The translations under genes were made by a program, and so were the position numbers. Under the pieces are notes generated by a model. That model saw nothing but the letters and a program-made list of their open reading frames with translations. It made no database searches and had not been told where the DNA came from. A DNA stretch of 63,407 bases, counting the filler, from Rhabdomonas costata (Eukaryota), in the NCBI GenBank assembly GCA_019059605.1. It is 57 parts of 57 records of this genome, joined end to end, with 100 filler letters (N's around TTAATTAATTAA, not from the genome) between each part and the next. Parts side by side here need not be neighbours in the genome. Positions count along the whole stretch, not along the records: positions 1 to 1,015 come from JAHMHO010033486.1; positions 1,116 to 2,129 come from JAHMHO010033487.1; positions 2,230 to 3,243 come from JAHMHO010033488.1; positions 3,344 to 4,357 come from JAHMHO010033489.1; positions 4,458 to 5,471 come from JAHMHO010033490.1; positions 5,572 to 6,585 come from JAHMHO010033491.1; positions 6,686 to 7,700 come from JAHMHO010033492.1; positions 7,801 to 8,814 come from JAHMHO010033493.1; 49 more parts are not named here. The stretch is one strand, 5' to 3'. Shown in pieces: positions 1 through 11,684 of the stretch; position 1 is the first letter of the stretch, and every line of letters starts with the position of its first letter.

Positions 1-1015
1 CACTTGCCATTGGATTACCATGGGATTCTTTGAAAACAGACAGAGTTTACAGAGAAATAATTCCTCTCGGATGCAATCAGCTGGGGGCCCCGCTTGGGCC
101 GCGGAGGCAAGCGGAGCGGTCTAAGATGCTATGTGGTGATCTAATGCGCATTGGGATTGCTATCGAGTTGAGGTTCTTCCTGTCGCAGAGTAGATGGCGG
201 CCCGCGAACTTCTACCCAGACGTTGCCGACTTCTGACTTACTTTTAAAAAAGGATGGCAGCATTGACTGCAGACACGTGAGGAGCACACAGACAGCGCCG
301 GATCCGAGAAAGACACACAGATGAAGAAAGAAGGGGAGAAGGGGAGAAAAGCATCGCCGGTGAGAAAGGGAAAAGAGAGAAGATCCTGAGGAGATTTAGA
401 TCATCCCCAGGATGGCGGCTGGCGGCGTCTGAACCGGAACCGCGAACTGCTTCAGCAGCTGGTCGCCAAGTTCCTGCTCCTCTTGAGGGACGGGCTGCGG
501 GGTGGTCTTGCCGGACTTTCCTCGGCAAACGCGGACCTGAACAAGACCCCACACCCACAAAGCGGGGGCTGAGGAGATCTCTCACCTCTACTGAAAAGCA
601 CCTCTCTTTCATCGCGTAACAACACAATTGATATCGGGGAACTTCAGTGTGGCATTGGAAGTCATGTGGCTACTTCTCTTTCAGTCAGCCAGTATTCAGG
701 TTCGATGACATTAGAGGCAAGTACCACAAGTGAAATGAACTACGTCACGACATCACAGGAAAAAATTAGATCCCGAAACTTTTCACGAAAGGATCGACTA
801 AGCAGTGGTCGGGGGTGAGGGGTGGGGTACTGAGGTTCATAGTACGCGAGCCCTTGATCAGGGAGGTTCCAAAGTAGCATAGTACCTAACCTAGCGCACG
901 CCCAACTGGTCTCTGCGAAAGCGTCGAGGGGCTTTCTTCCAGATTGTCATGCAAGCACAAGCCCTACGCGACCGTCAAGCAGGTGCCTGCCGATGAAACA
1001 CGGGGAACAAACCAC

Positions 1016-1115
1016 NNNNNNNNNNNNNNNNNNNNNNNNNNNNNNNNNNNNNNNNNNNNTTAATTAATTAANNNNNNNNNNNNNNNNNNNNNNNNNNNNN
1101 NNNNNNNNNNNNNNN
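1016..1115. other. Artificial contig linker (N44-TTAATTAATTAA-N44); first of about 56 identical linkers spaced about 1114 nt apart
   Basis: The identical N-flanked six-frame stop cassette recurs throughout (TTAATTAATTAA at 1060-1071, 2174-2185 and onward). Intervening contigs are all about 1011-1021 nt. Confidence 0.99.
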
Positions 1116-1914
1116 CTCTGGTGACCTCCGCATTCTGAGGTTAAGCAGCTCCAGACACACTTCGGGGGCAGCGGCTGCGGCCTGGCCCCGGGCCGGTGCT
1201 CCCACACCGCTGCTGCCATTGCGGTGTACACTGCTGGGTTTAGGTACCGCTCTGGCCTGAAGTTGTGGAAGCTTCCGGGCTGCAGCAGGCAGGCGTAGCG
1301 CCCCAGTGCCTGCCCGAGCTGGTCAGTGTGCAGAACAGGGGCGCCCACCCACACCTCCGCGTCGAACCTCGAGGAAGGGCGGAGAAGGTGCTGAGGCTCC
1401 AGGGCGCGAAGGTACGATGCTCGGGCCCACCAGAAGTTGCCTGAGCGAGTGGGGCAAACGGCCGCAGTGTCTCGGGGCCGAGTCGGTTGAAAAAGAAAAG
1501 CCACATCCCACGCCCGCTTTGAAGAAACCTCAGAAATGGGATGGGGCAACAGTTTTGCGACAGGTTCCCGATCATGCGGATCTTGGGAGCTTAGGGTGCT
1601 GCGGCGGGGTGTTGCCCCTCACTCGCTCTGTTCGGTCCAGTCAAGAGTTCGAGGGTTCCCCCCCACCACCACTTGAACAGCTAATGCATTTTCTATGCGC
1701 TTGCACAAAGCCAGACGCATTAAGAGAAAGTATCAGTAGCGCCAACCGGCGTAATAGTGGTCGATGTCGGTGCCGTTCGCGGTGACCCGAACCAGGTAGG
1801 TGCCCACGGTGTGGTAATGAGATAGGAGCAGTGCGCACCACCGGAACATCCACACCGCCATCCACACCATAACATCTCTCCACATGTCCTGGCTACGGGA
1901 GGGAGTGAACCCAC
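1116..1914 (-). CDS. Two exons of an uncharacterised, possibly glycosyltransferase-like 'GNFWWA' family protein (partial)
   Basis: Exon 1914-1747 (after tctcAG; GGFTPSRSQDMWRDVMVWMAVWMFRWCALLLSHYHTVG...DHYYA), GT-AG intron 1746-1441, exon 1440 to contig end. Splicing rebuilds HYYAG|NFWWARASYLRAL...RFDAEVWVG in frame. Confidence 0.75.
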
Positions 1915-3591
1915 CTGAGAAAAGCACACGAGAAAAAGCACACCCACAGCAACCGCCAAAAGCCAGCGCGCTATGCGCCCATCGCTCAGAGTTGTCTGCA
2001 GCGTAAGCAACGTGTCCTTAAGCCACCTTGACCGCGGTTCACTCACTCGGTTCACTTGACCATACCTTGCTCCTCCGGTTGCCTTGTCCCACCCCACCCC
2101 ATCCCACCACAACCACACACACCCACCACNNNNNNNNNNNNNNNNNNNNNNNNNNNNNNNNNNNNNNNNNNNNTTAATTAATTAANNNNNNNNNNNNNNN
2201 NNNNNNNNNNNNNNNNNNNNNNNNNNNNNTTGTGGGGGTGCAGAGAGGGTTGTTCGCCAAATATGTTTGCCTTTGCTCAGATATGCATGTGCACAGCTTA
2301 AGCCATTGTGTTTCTGTGCATAATATAGGAATTGGGAGGTGCAGAGAGGGTTGTTCGCCAAATATGTTTGCCTTTGCTCAGCGCTTTCTTCTGTCCCGTG
2401 CGGCATTGTGCGAAGTTTACTGTTGGTGTGTGTGAGGGTTCCTCTGCGCGCTTTTTGTGCGGCAGGGGTATCACCTTGTGCGCCCTTTTTCTTTGCGTCG
2501 CTTTCTAATGTGCTCGTTCCTTGTTGTTTTCCGCGTCGACGAACAAACGGTATCGCTGGGAAATTGCCTCGCAATATGAGTGAATCCTTTTTGTGCTTCA
2601 GGCTGATTACGCTGTGCTTTCTACTGAAGTGCGGTTTTCCTTGTTTTCGATCCCTGGTTCTCGTCCGAAGTTAAGGCGACCAGTTGGGTGCTGGTACTAA
2701 CGTTGCTCCGAACACAAAAAAATGGTCCAGAAAGCGCGAGAGGTGTTATAGCATGCGCAATATACATTTGCACCGATGCCCTCAACTGCGGCAAACTGTG
2801 CTCACGCCTTGCACTTTTTTTCGAATCATGGTGTACTTCTTCTGCTCTGCCAAAGTTATCGAAGTATCGCGCTGTTTTGTAGCATTCCTTTTTATACAAA
2901 ATGGCGAACTCATCATTGGGGTGGCGTCTCCCTCGTCGTCGCTTTGCTCATTTTTTGTTTTTGGCAGTCTGAGCTAAAGGGCGAAGGGCAACCCTGTCGC
3001 GCACGCCCATTAAATTACAGCCGGATACAGTGGGTGGGTTAGCAGCCCGTAGAGAGCGAGCCTCCGAACCGGTGAAGACGGTGTGGACAACAGGCCGGAC
3101 GAGTCCAGCAAGCCAGCGTAATCGAAATAAACACCAATTCCCTCGAAACGGCAGTGTAAGGTTGAAACCCCCTGGGCATCTTCGTTCCGAGGGAATTGGT
3201 GTTTATTTCGATTACGCTGGCTTGCTGGACTCGAAACAACCACNNNNNNNNNNNNNNNNNNNNNNNNNNNNNNNNNNNNNNNNNNNNTTAATTAATTAAN
3301 NNNNNNNNNNNNNNNNNNNNNNNNNNNNNNNNNNNNNNNNNNNGTGTGTGGGTTTTGGAACCCGAACCGATCAAGTTCAGCGACGGAGTCCGGTGAAGAC
3401 GGTGGTGCGTTTGAAGCGTCCCCCGCCTCTTATACGGTATGTTTTTTGAATTCATTTGATTTGATTTGAAGCGGAGGAAAAACAGCTCCATGGCTGAAAA
3501 GGAAAACACGGAAGTATCGTCCCACTTCGCTCAAGGTCCAAGCGGTTCCGCTTCTTTGTTTGGCCCACAGACACGCACAGTTCACATCGCC

Positions 3592-3753
3592 TCAGAAGGA
3601 CTTGTCAACATCACGTGGGGGCATAAAGATGGGTTTCTCGCTGGCCTTCATGAAGGTCTTGTCGTGGAAGGCCGGGAATTGCAGGCTGAAGTGCTGGCTG
3701 AGGACCCAGAATTGGTGCATGCGCGACAGGAAGGGCAGGGCCCAGAAGTCCTT
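3592..3753 (-). CDS. Terminal exon of an unknown protein (KDFWALPFLSRMHQFW...DVDKSF*)
   Basis: Acceptor tttccttcAG, 54 codons with strong GC3 bias, ending in TGA. Confidence 0.55.
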   Translation of the reverse strand, partial: KDFWALPFLSRMHQFWVLSQHFSLQFPAFHDKTFMKASEKPIFMPPRDVDKSF

Positions 3754-4754
3754 CTGAAGGAAACCAGAGTCAGTGGAAAGGGCAAAAACATGGGTTCATG
3801 GGCTGCATCCATCCAACAAAAGCAGAGCTGGGAGTATTGATCCCTGAAAAGCAATCACGATGATAAAACTGCTTGAAATCAAATTGCAGTTACCCACATT
3901 ATAGCCTAACTCATCATCAAGTTGACCTCTGTGTCCTTTACGACGCCCTGCACACAGAAATTTCGGGTGGTGACTCCCAGCCTTGTTCGGTTTAAGTGAA
4001 ACGAATGTTTGCTTTAAAGAACTCATCACCACTCACCACTCATCAATACCAAGCCGAAGCCCGTCGCGCCTCTCGCCTCAAATGAATGGACGGCACCCAC
4101 AACGACTCTTTCTTCGCTACGAAATTTCCAGAGAAATTTGTGAGAAACATCATCTGTGAGAATTGTGGTGCGTGGTGGTTCACGACTTCGCAGCTCCGCA
4201 CACCGGCAAGGAGACTTTGCGGTGCTGGTAGGTCAGCTCTGCAAGAAAGAAAATAACGAGTAATATTCCCAAACTAAAAATTAAAGCCCACACACTTCAT
4301 CAACCAAGCAGACAAAAGAACACATTTGCAGAGACGTTTTGCGCAGCCCCACCACAANNNNNNNNNNNNNNNNNNNNNNNNNNNNNNNNNNNNNNNNNNN
4401 NTTAATTAATTAANNNNNNNNNNNNNNNNNNNNNNNNNNNNNNNNNNNNNNNNNNNNGGGGTGTTGTGGAATGACCTTTTTTAATGTGCACCTGAAATCG
4501 AGTTTGGTGAAGACCTAGTTGAGCTTCATATTCCGCCGAGGGTGGACGTTAACCTTTTATTCTTGCATCAGCTTTCGCTGCTTTGTGCCCCCTTGTGAAG
4601 CGCTACGCATCAAATCAGTATCAGCTTGGTAACTTTGGATAGTGCCATGCAAAGAGAATAGAAACTTTGCCTTTCGGTGGCAGAGTGGTGAAGGGTTGCT
4701 TGAGAGCGGTTTGTTTGAAAAGCGGGAGTTGAGGATAGGGGTTGTCGTTGCCAG

Positions 4755-4926
4755 GTCTGTGAAGCAGCGCGGCGGGCAGGGCACGTACCCCATCAAGCTG
4801 TTCTACACCTCCAACATGCCGATCATCCTGCAGACCGCACTGGTGTCCAATCTGTACTTCTTTTCGCAGATCCTGTACAAGCGGTTCTCCAACAATATCT
4901 TTGTGGGGCTGCTGGGCCGCTGGGAG
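4755..4926 (+). CDS. SEC61A: Protein transport protein Sec61 subunit alpha, internal exon
   Basis: [50 protein letters not shown] is the conserved Sec61-alpha TM7 region. Flanked by ccAG and GTgttt. Confidence 0.96.
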
Positions 4927-7900
4927 GTGTTTGCGCAGCACTCGTTTGGGTTGGGGTGCGGTAGCCTGGCTTCGGTCTCCTGGAGAAGCAAGTGGTGGTG
5001 GGGGAACCGGGGGAAGACTGAGAAGAGGGGACAGACGACAAACTGCCTGACCTGGCTGATTGCTTCCACAGCGAGAGGAGTTGTGTGCAGAAGGGACGAG
5101 AAGCAATGAGTTGTGAAAAGTGATGAGCAGGTGAGGTGCCCTTTATTCGGGAAGAAGCTGTACGCCTGGCACTCGAAGTTCGACGAAAAGTGCTTCAAGA
5201 AACACTGTGTCTGTGTAGTGTGTTTCTTCACCGGGGGACTTCGATCCCACATTCCTCACCCGAGGAAAGACAGAGAGAAGCGGGAAAACGAAAACAAAAG
5301 AAAACCCAAGCATAACAACGGAGCGATGCCGATTGTGTTCACTCACGGAAGAAGAGCCAGCATTGCAGAGTCCCGAAAAAGCAATTTGTGCAAGCGAAAA
5401 AAGCAGAGGAATTAGATTTCTAAAATGAAAGACGAGGACCGCTTCACCAAAAAACACAAACACCCAACACANNNNNNNNNNNNNNNNNNNNNNNNNNNNN
5501 NNNNNNNNNNNNNNNTTAATTAATTAANNNNNNNNNNNNNNNNNNNNNNNNNNNNNNNNNNNNNNNNNNNNTGTTGTGGGTGGGAAGACGAGAGGGGCAC
5601 AAAAGAATTGTTCGCGAATGTCGTTCTGTGTACTCGTGTGTAGGGAAGGGTGGATACCTCTGTTCTTTTTTTCAACCTCTGAGAATAGGGTCGCAGAGTG
5701 GCTATCGCCCTTGAATCACACATTCCCCTTTCCGTGGGAGCCTCGTTCTGGAGGTCTTCTTGCAGCATCCGTGTATCCTCCTCTGCCGGCCTCCGAACCT
5801 GCACCGTCACGTGATAGGTTTTGGCCGCATTTCGACCCCTTTGCATACTGAGGCACAAGCACACGTCCCAGCAGGTGCACGAGTACGTCACAACAGAACG
5901 TTGGTGAGGTGAAGAGAGTGCGGCGACCACTTCCGTTCGCGGCACAGAGTCCTTTTTCTTTCTGCCTTGCTCCCATCCGATTAACTTAGCGCACTTGGCT
6001 GAATTGTGCTCGCAGAGAGTAAGGCTGCTGAAACACGGCATTCTGGCGAGTTCCTGTGGATGTTTGCATAAGCGCGATGCGCATCTGTGGAGGAGGCAGG
6101 GAGGGGCGTACTCTTGGAGGCGGGATTCCGCTAGGTCGGCCTGCTCCTGTTTCAGAGGAGAGGAGGGGCTCCCCCCGCGCCGGAAGATTTCAAACAGGCA
6201 CCGGATGTACGCCTCCAAGCCGCACCGCTGCGCCTCAAAGACCTCGGCACTAACCCCACCGCAGCCTGAAAAGTTTGTGCGGCCAACCCCACGCCCCCAA
6301 CACGTGCGGCACACCAGTACGCCTGCATACGTCTGTGCCCCTTCCAAGTATGGTCACACAGCATTTTAGGTTTTTGACCGCCGTTCCTTGCCGGGTCAAA
6401 AAGTCAGAAGCAAAGACTCTAGCATTGGTCACCCGCACATCTGGAAAACTTCGGATTCCACAAAAGATGAGCTGAACGCAGTTACTTCGAATCCGCAAAG
6501 AAGCAATTAAGCAATTATGCTGAAATGCTTCACAACGGGAGACATTTTTTTTACTATCCCTAAACCCCATGTAGGTTCAAATGGTNNNNNNNNNNNNNNN
6601 NNNNNNNNNNNNNNNNNNNNNNNNNNNNNTTAATTAATTAANNNNNNNNNNNNNNNNNNNNNNNNNNNNNNNNNNNNNNNNNNNNGGTTCCGTCTCGGAG
6701 CCCCTTTGATCGAAACGGCTGAAGCGACATGACCGGGATGCTTGCGTCCCATGGACAAAGACGGTGATCACGCGCTTTGCTGCTCGAGTCTGGGAGTGTA
6801 CACCAGACACAACGACCTGCGCTTGCAGTTTTCTGAGCTGTGCAAAGAGGCGGGCTAGCGGGTGGAGGTGGAGGAAGGTCCAGATGACTCCCTTGACCGC
6901 CCAGCATACTACCTGGTTGACGGGCTTGCTGGACTGTCCCCGTCGTTGGTCGATTTTTCAGTGGTGCATCCTCTGCAACCTTCAGCAGTAAAGTTGGCCG
7001 CCGCAGTGGAGCACCGCAAGCATCGCGAGAACGGACCGATCTGCACGGGTGAGGGCTGGACTTGCCATCCTTTCGTCGTCGAAGCCGTGGGCCTGGGAAG
7101 GGGAAGCTCGCTCCCTTCTGCGCCTGGGCTCTGAAGCGTGGCTACTCGAAGGTCGAAGCCATTCAGAAATGTCAGAACCGCATCGGGGTGGCCGTCCTCA
7201 GAGCTGTGTGCCGCCAGCTGGATCGCGGGTTTCCCGAGCCGGGGGTCGAGGCTGAGCCTCCCCACAACCACCAGACTCCTCGATCTGTAGCCCAGCGCTT
7301 TTCCGGCCCATCAAAGCACACGCTTACGCTGAAGTGCAGCTATGGGGTAAACTCGACGGGGCGTTCCTTCCCCAGTCGCTCACTGCCTACACACAGCACG
7401 TGCATTCTTCGTACAGCTCATGAATTCCTTTACTCGTAGCGCACACGGAGGTCGTTCCATCTGCTCTCAGCCTTCGACGCAGCGTGATCTGTGTTTTTTG
7501 CTTTATGCGCTCGCCTCCATCCATCGCAGTGGTCTCTTCCCTTCCGGCGCCCACGTCTATGTTGTGCTTTCGTTTTTTTTTTCGTGTGTTATTGAGCGGA
7601 AATAGAGACCGTCTTGGTGGGATCCTCATCTTGCCCGTTTCTGTCACGGTTAATCTGTTTTCAACAAGCTCGCAGTGATTACGGGCCGGGAGTGCGACGA
7701 NNNNNNNNNNNNNNNNNNNNNNNNNNNNNNNNNNNNNNNNNNNNTTAATTAATTAANNNNNNNNNNNNNNNNNNNNNNNNNNNNNNNNNNNNNNNNNNNN
7801 GGGGTGGTGTGTGTGTGTGTACGGGGGGGGGGTGTCAGGCAACGTGGTGGTTGGGCACTGCCGCCTGTTCTTATTGCCGTCCCAGGAACGATTGCCATGC

Positions 7901-9417
7901 GGTAACCGAGACGAATGAGCAGCGCGCGTAACTACTGCCAGAAATCAGGGAAGTGCGTTGCTTTCCGCCCCTGGTAACATCACAAGCGCTCCGATGATAC
8001 TGTCGGCTGCAGACCTTTTCAAAGGGTCGTTTCCTATTTCCTGCTTGTATATCGAAAATAAAAAAGGAAACCCACAACTCTCAAAGAGGAAGGAAGGCTA
8101 CCAGTCAGACAGCTGGAGAATAGCCCTTCGCCGTGCAAAGCGGCAAGGCCTTCCAACAGGCCCACGGCAACATTCCTGCGACACACAGCCATCAGCGCAG
8201 GTGAAGCACACGCGAGTGACCACTGAGAAAGTTAAAAATGGAAACCAGAAGGGTCAAAAAGGTCTTCATAGGGTCAGCTCCGCCCGGAAATTGAGAGACT
8301 GGCCTGTGCCATCTGAAATCCTTTTGCCTTAATGACGCTGGTCTTGGTGCCATTGAGGTGAAGTGCATAACTTCCAGTCCTAGCGTACTTCCACAACAAA
8401 GATGCGCCATAATACATAGGGGTCGCGCGCCGAAGAACGGGCACCAACTTTTTCGGGACAGAAGCTGCCAATTGACCCCCTCTCACTTCCAGTTGGGAAC
8501 ACAGTGCAGAAACAAAGGTCAGGCTGAGAACGTATGTACTCTCCAGGGGAGAAAAGGTCTCGGTTTACGGCTAAGCATAGTGTTTACAAACTGAAAAGAT
8601 ACTGCACTCCGACAGGACCAGCGAGCTTTTTTCGCGAAGAAAATTGAGGCACCTTAATGGTGGCCAGCCCTCCCACCCCAGCACTGCTGTCTGATCACAG
8701 AATTTAAGCACGCAAAACGTAAGGTAAAGAGGTGCTCCGTCCGTCAGCTGCGCTACCTGATGAGGTTGAACGACAGCGGGTGGTGCTGCTGAACCACTGC
8801 CAGCAGACCCACCCNNNNNNNNNNNNNNNNNNNNNNNNNNNNNNNNNNNNNNNNNNNNTTAATTAATTAANNNNNNNNNNNNNNNNNNNNNNNNNNNNNN
8901 NNNNNNNNNNNNNNGTGTTGGGGGAGTACGGCAAAGGACGTCCTGTTGTTAAAGCGAGTTTTCACTGCAAGCGGTACATCTGTCGCAGTGCCACTGCTTC
9001 AGTTCGAAGCATACGGGTGGCGAAGCGGCCTATATTAGGGAGGGGGGGGGGGCACAAATCTTTTGGTGCTGCTTTTCGCTTGCATTGTGTCAGCGTAGAC
9101 CGCGGCTTCGTAGGGATTAGTTCGGACATCCTATTTGTGTGCGTGCCACATCCACAGCAGCAACATCAGCACATTTGTCAAACCTCGTGATCAGATTCAT
9201 CGGTCTCCGTGGTTCGCCTGCGCATTGATCCGTTCGTTTGCTCGCTGAGCTTTGGAACCTCGGTGCCCTCGTTCTGTTTGCTTTCAAGAAAACTTTGGAA
9301 TAGACCGCCGGAGTGCCCCCAGGGGTCGTTTTCCTCTTTGAAACGTAAAATACCCCGATGGTGTGCCTTAACCCTTTCCGACTGTGGTGGGGGATGTTTG
9401 TCATGGCGTTCTGTCAG

Positions 9418-9702
9418 GCCTTAGCCTCTTTGCAGTTCTTCGGGACTCAAGCCGGGCCGGTGACTATCACGCTCTTTGTGTCCGACAACGGCTACGCTGG
9501 TGTAGGACAGGGCGGCGCGCCCTTCACAGTGCTGACGAACTCCAAGCAAGTGCAGGTGCTTATCCACACTGGTAGTGGTACCGGTAGCTGCAGGAGTCAG
9601 AAGTGTAACGATCCTCTTTTGGGGGCGCTCAAGGCTGGGCAGATCTGCCCCCTCGCCAAAGTCGTGGCTACTCAAAGCCCACTCGCAGCTGCCAAGCAGT
9701 GA
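9418..9702 (+). CDS. Terminal exon of a surface protein; resembles the end of a cadherin/Ig-like adhesin repeat
   Basis: Acceptor ctgtcAG. ALASLQF...GPVTITLFVSDNGYAGVG resembles the 'L..L.Y...G..TLTVTVSD.G..G.G' pattern of bacterial-type adhesin repeats. GC3-rich; TGA at 9700-9702. Confidence 0.4.
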   Translation, partial: ALASLQFFGTQAGPVTITLFVSDNGYAGVGQGGAPFTVLTNSKQVQVLIHTGSGTGSCRSQKCNDPLLGALKAGQICPLAKVVATQSPLAAAKQ

Positions 9703-10051
9703 GTATTTTTTTTCCTACTCCGACACTTCCGTGAGTGCAATCCTGCCCTGGAGCCGCCTTCCCTTGGCTCCTTGGCTGAGGCGTTCTGCCCATTCTTGTC
9801 TCTTAACAAGTACTGCCAAGTCACAGCAGTTAACTTTGAGTCATTGTCAAATTAGTAACCGCTGGAAAAGGAACAACGAATGGTCACATGGCGTTGCTGC
9901 ACGCGTTGCTTTCTCAATCACAACCCCCNNNNNNNNNNNNNNNNNNNNNNNNNNNNNNNNNNNNNNNNNNNNTTAATTAATTAANNNNNNNNNNNNNNNN
10001 NNNNNNNNNNNNNNNNNNNNNNNNNNNNGTGGTGGGTGTGTTTGGGGGGTG

Positions 10052-10197
10052 GGGTTGAACCCGGAACTTCAGGCCCAGCAGGGTCTCGAGGATGTGGGGT
10101 TCACCCCATAGCACCTCGTGCGGCGCACTCTCCGGGGCAGCGTTGCTGACCCCAGTGTGCACCTGCAGCTGCACCGACTGCAGCTGGTGCGGCTGGC
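10052..10197 (-). CDS. tRNA (uracil-5)-methyltransferase TRM2A/RlmD-like, exon truncated at contig end
   Basis: Acceptor ttttcctgcAG. LWGEPHILETLLGLKFRVQP matches the 'G..hI.E.L.GL.FRISP(.AFFQ)' motif of TRMT2A. Confidence 0.72.
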
Positions 10198-11684
10198 CTG
10201 CAGGAAAACCACCCAAGCACCAATAACCGACTCACAGTCAACCTGCCATGCGATAGCCTCTTCCTTTTATTGCATTCCTTGGTATCAGAAGAAGCGAAAA
10301 ACGATGACGGGAACCGGAAGCGGCTCTGCTTTCGTTCCCATTTTCTTTGCATCAGCTCTCAAACAAACAGGCATACTGACACACAACAACACATGAGGAC
10401 TACGGTTTTGGTTGTGGAACCCGTTCGGGGGTTACCACATATGAAAGCTTCGGAAAGCGTGTCAGCCGGTTGATGACCTCTTGCTTGTCATGGCTATCGG
10501 TGCAAATCAAAAGCCATGACCGCAATGGGAAGGATCACATCCATAATTGCCCCTAATGCTTCATCTGACAGGCAGATTCTCGCACACACTTGTACACATG
10601 CTTTTTTTCTCCCGAAAATCTCATCTCAGCTCAGAGGGCATCTTAATAAAAAAGACGACAGGAAGGGCACCAGAGGTGAGGTGAGACGAGGGCGGTGCAG
10701 TGGTGAACGCCTCAACGATCTTTTTCCGCAGCTCCAGGCACTGGCTCTCACTGCAGTCCTGGGTGCAAAGCGTTTGAAAGCGTTGGGTGGTGAGAATGGG
10801 TGTAACGAAGGCGGCGGTGACAAATGATGAAAGCAACTCCGCTGCAACTCACGAGACATGCGCCTGGGCCGGCTTCGCTTTTCTGTCGCCACCTTCTGCT
10901 GACATTTGGCTACTTCGCACTGGCTTCGCTTGGAAAAAAGGTCACCAATCGATGCCTGTGTGCCCCAAGACTATTTGTTTGTATGGAAAAACAAAACCTT
11001 CTATACCAACTGGAATGGCGGCCTCGTATTTTCCAAAAACAANNNNNNNNNNNNNNNNNNNNNNNNNNNNNNNNNNNNNNNNNNNNTTAATTAATTAANN
11101 NNNNNNNNNNNNNNNNNNNNNNNNNNNNNNNNNNNNNNNNNNGTTTTGTAAATAGTGACGTCCCTTGGTCTTCGTCGCGTCTTGGTATGGTCTTGCAGGA
11201 TCTGATGACACAGTGTGCAAAATCCTTTGCCTTTGCCACAAGCACACACCATACCAAGACCATACCAAGACGCAACGAAGACCAAGGGACGTCACTATTT
11301 ACAAAGCCCAAAGGGCAAGGTCATGGGTGAGCAGCCAACACGTCTGCTCCGACGGGCACACCTTGTTGTACGAGCAACCACAGTGAGTGCCGTTATCTGA
11401 GCACTCGTCCCACTGCCTCCAGTGTCTCTGATGCGCCGATTCGGAAGCTCAGCTTGACAACGACGGAGGGAGGAAGGGGGAGGGGGGAGACTCGAGCAGG
11501 CAGGAGGTAAACTTGCGTCCGCTGTGTTCAGATACAGAAAGGAAGAGGAGAGCAGTATATAGTAGTCAAGGCGCGCAACTGTGGTGGAAGAACCCAGAAC
11601 CAAACCCATTGGCACACATCATTACCCACACGGCCTCTTCTTTCAGATCTCGTTGTCCACCAATCCGTAACGCAGACACTCCGC

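Noticed and set aside
2110..2129. C/A-rich 3' ends read as telomeres or gene-sized chromosomes
   Set aside because: Wrong strand polarity for telomeres, no fixed repeat unit, exons are cut mid-codon at the ends, and the motif matches a WGA primer.
3069..3403. Shared 15-mer CCGGTGAAGACGGTG on both sides of a linker
   Set aside because: Short match between unlinked contigs with no further similarity; treated as chance.
5520..6347. 275-aa minus-strand ORF with a PX-like phrase (FEAQRCGLEAYIRCL)
   Set aside because: Only a short resemblance; the rest looks like intron read-through and no exon structure could be fixed.
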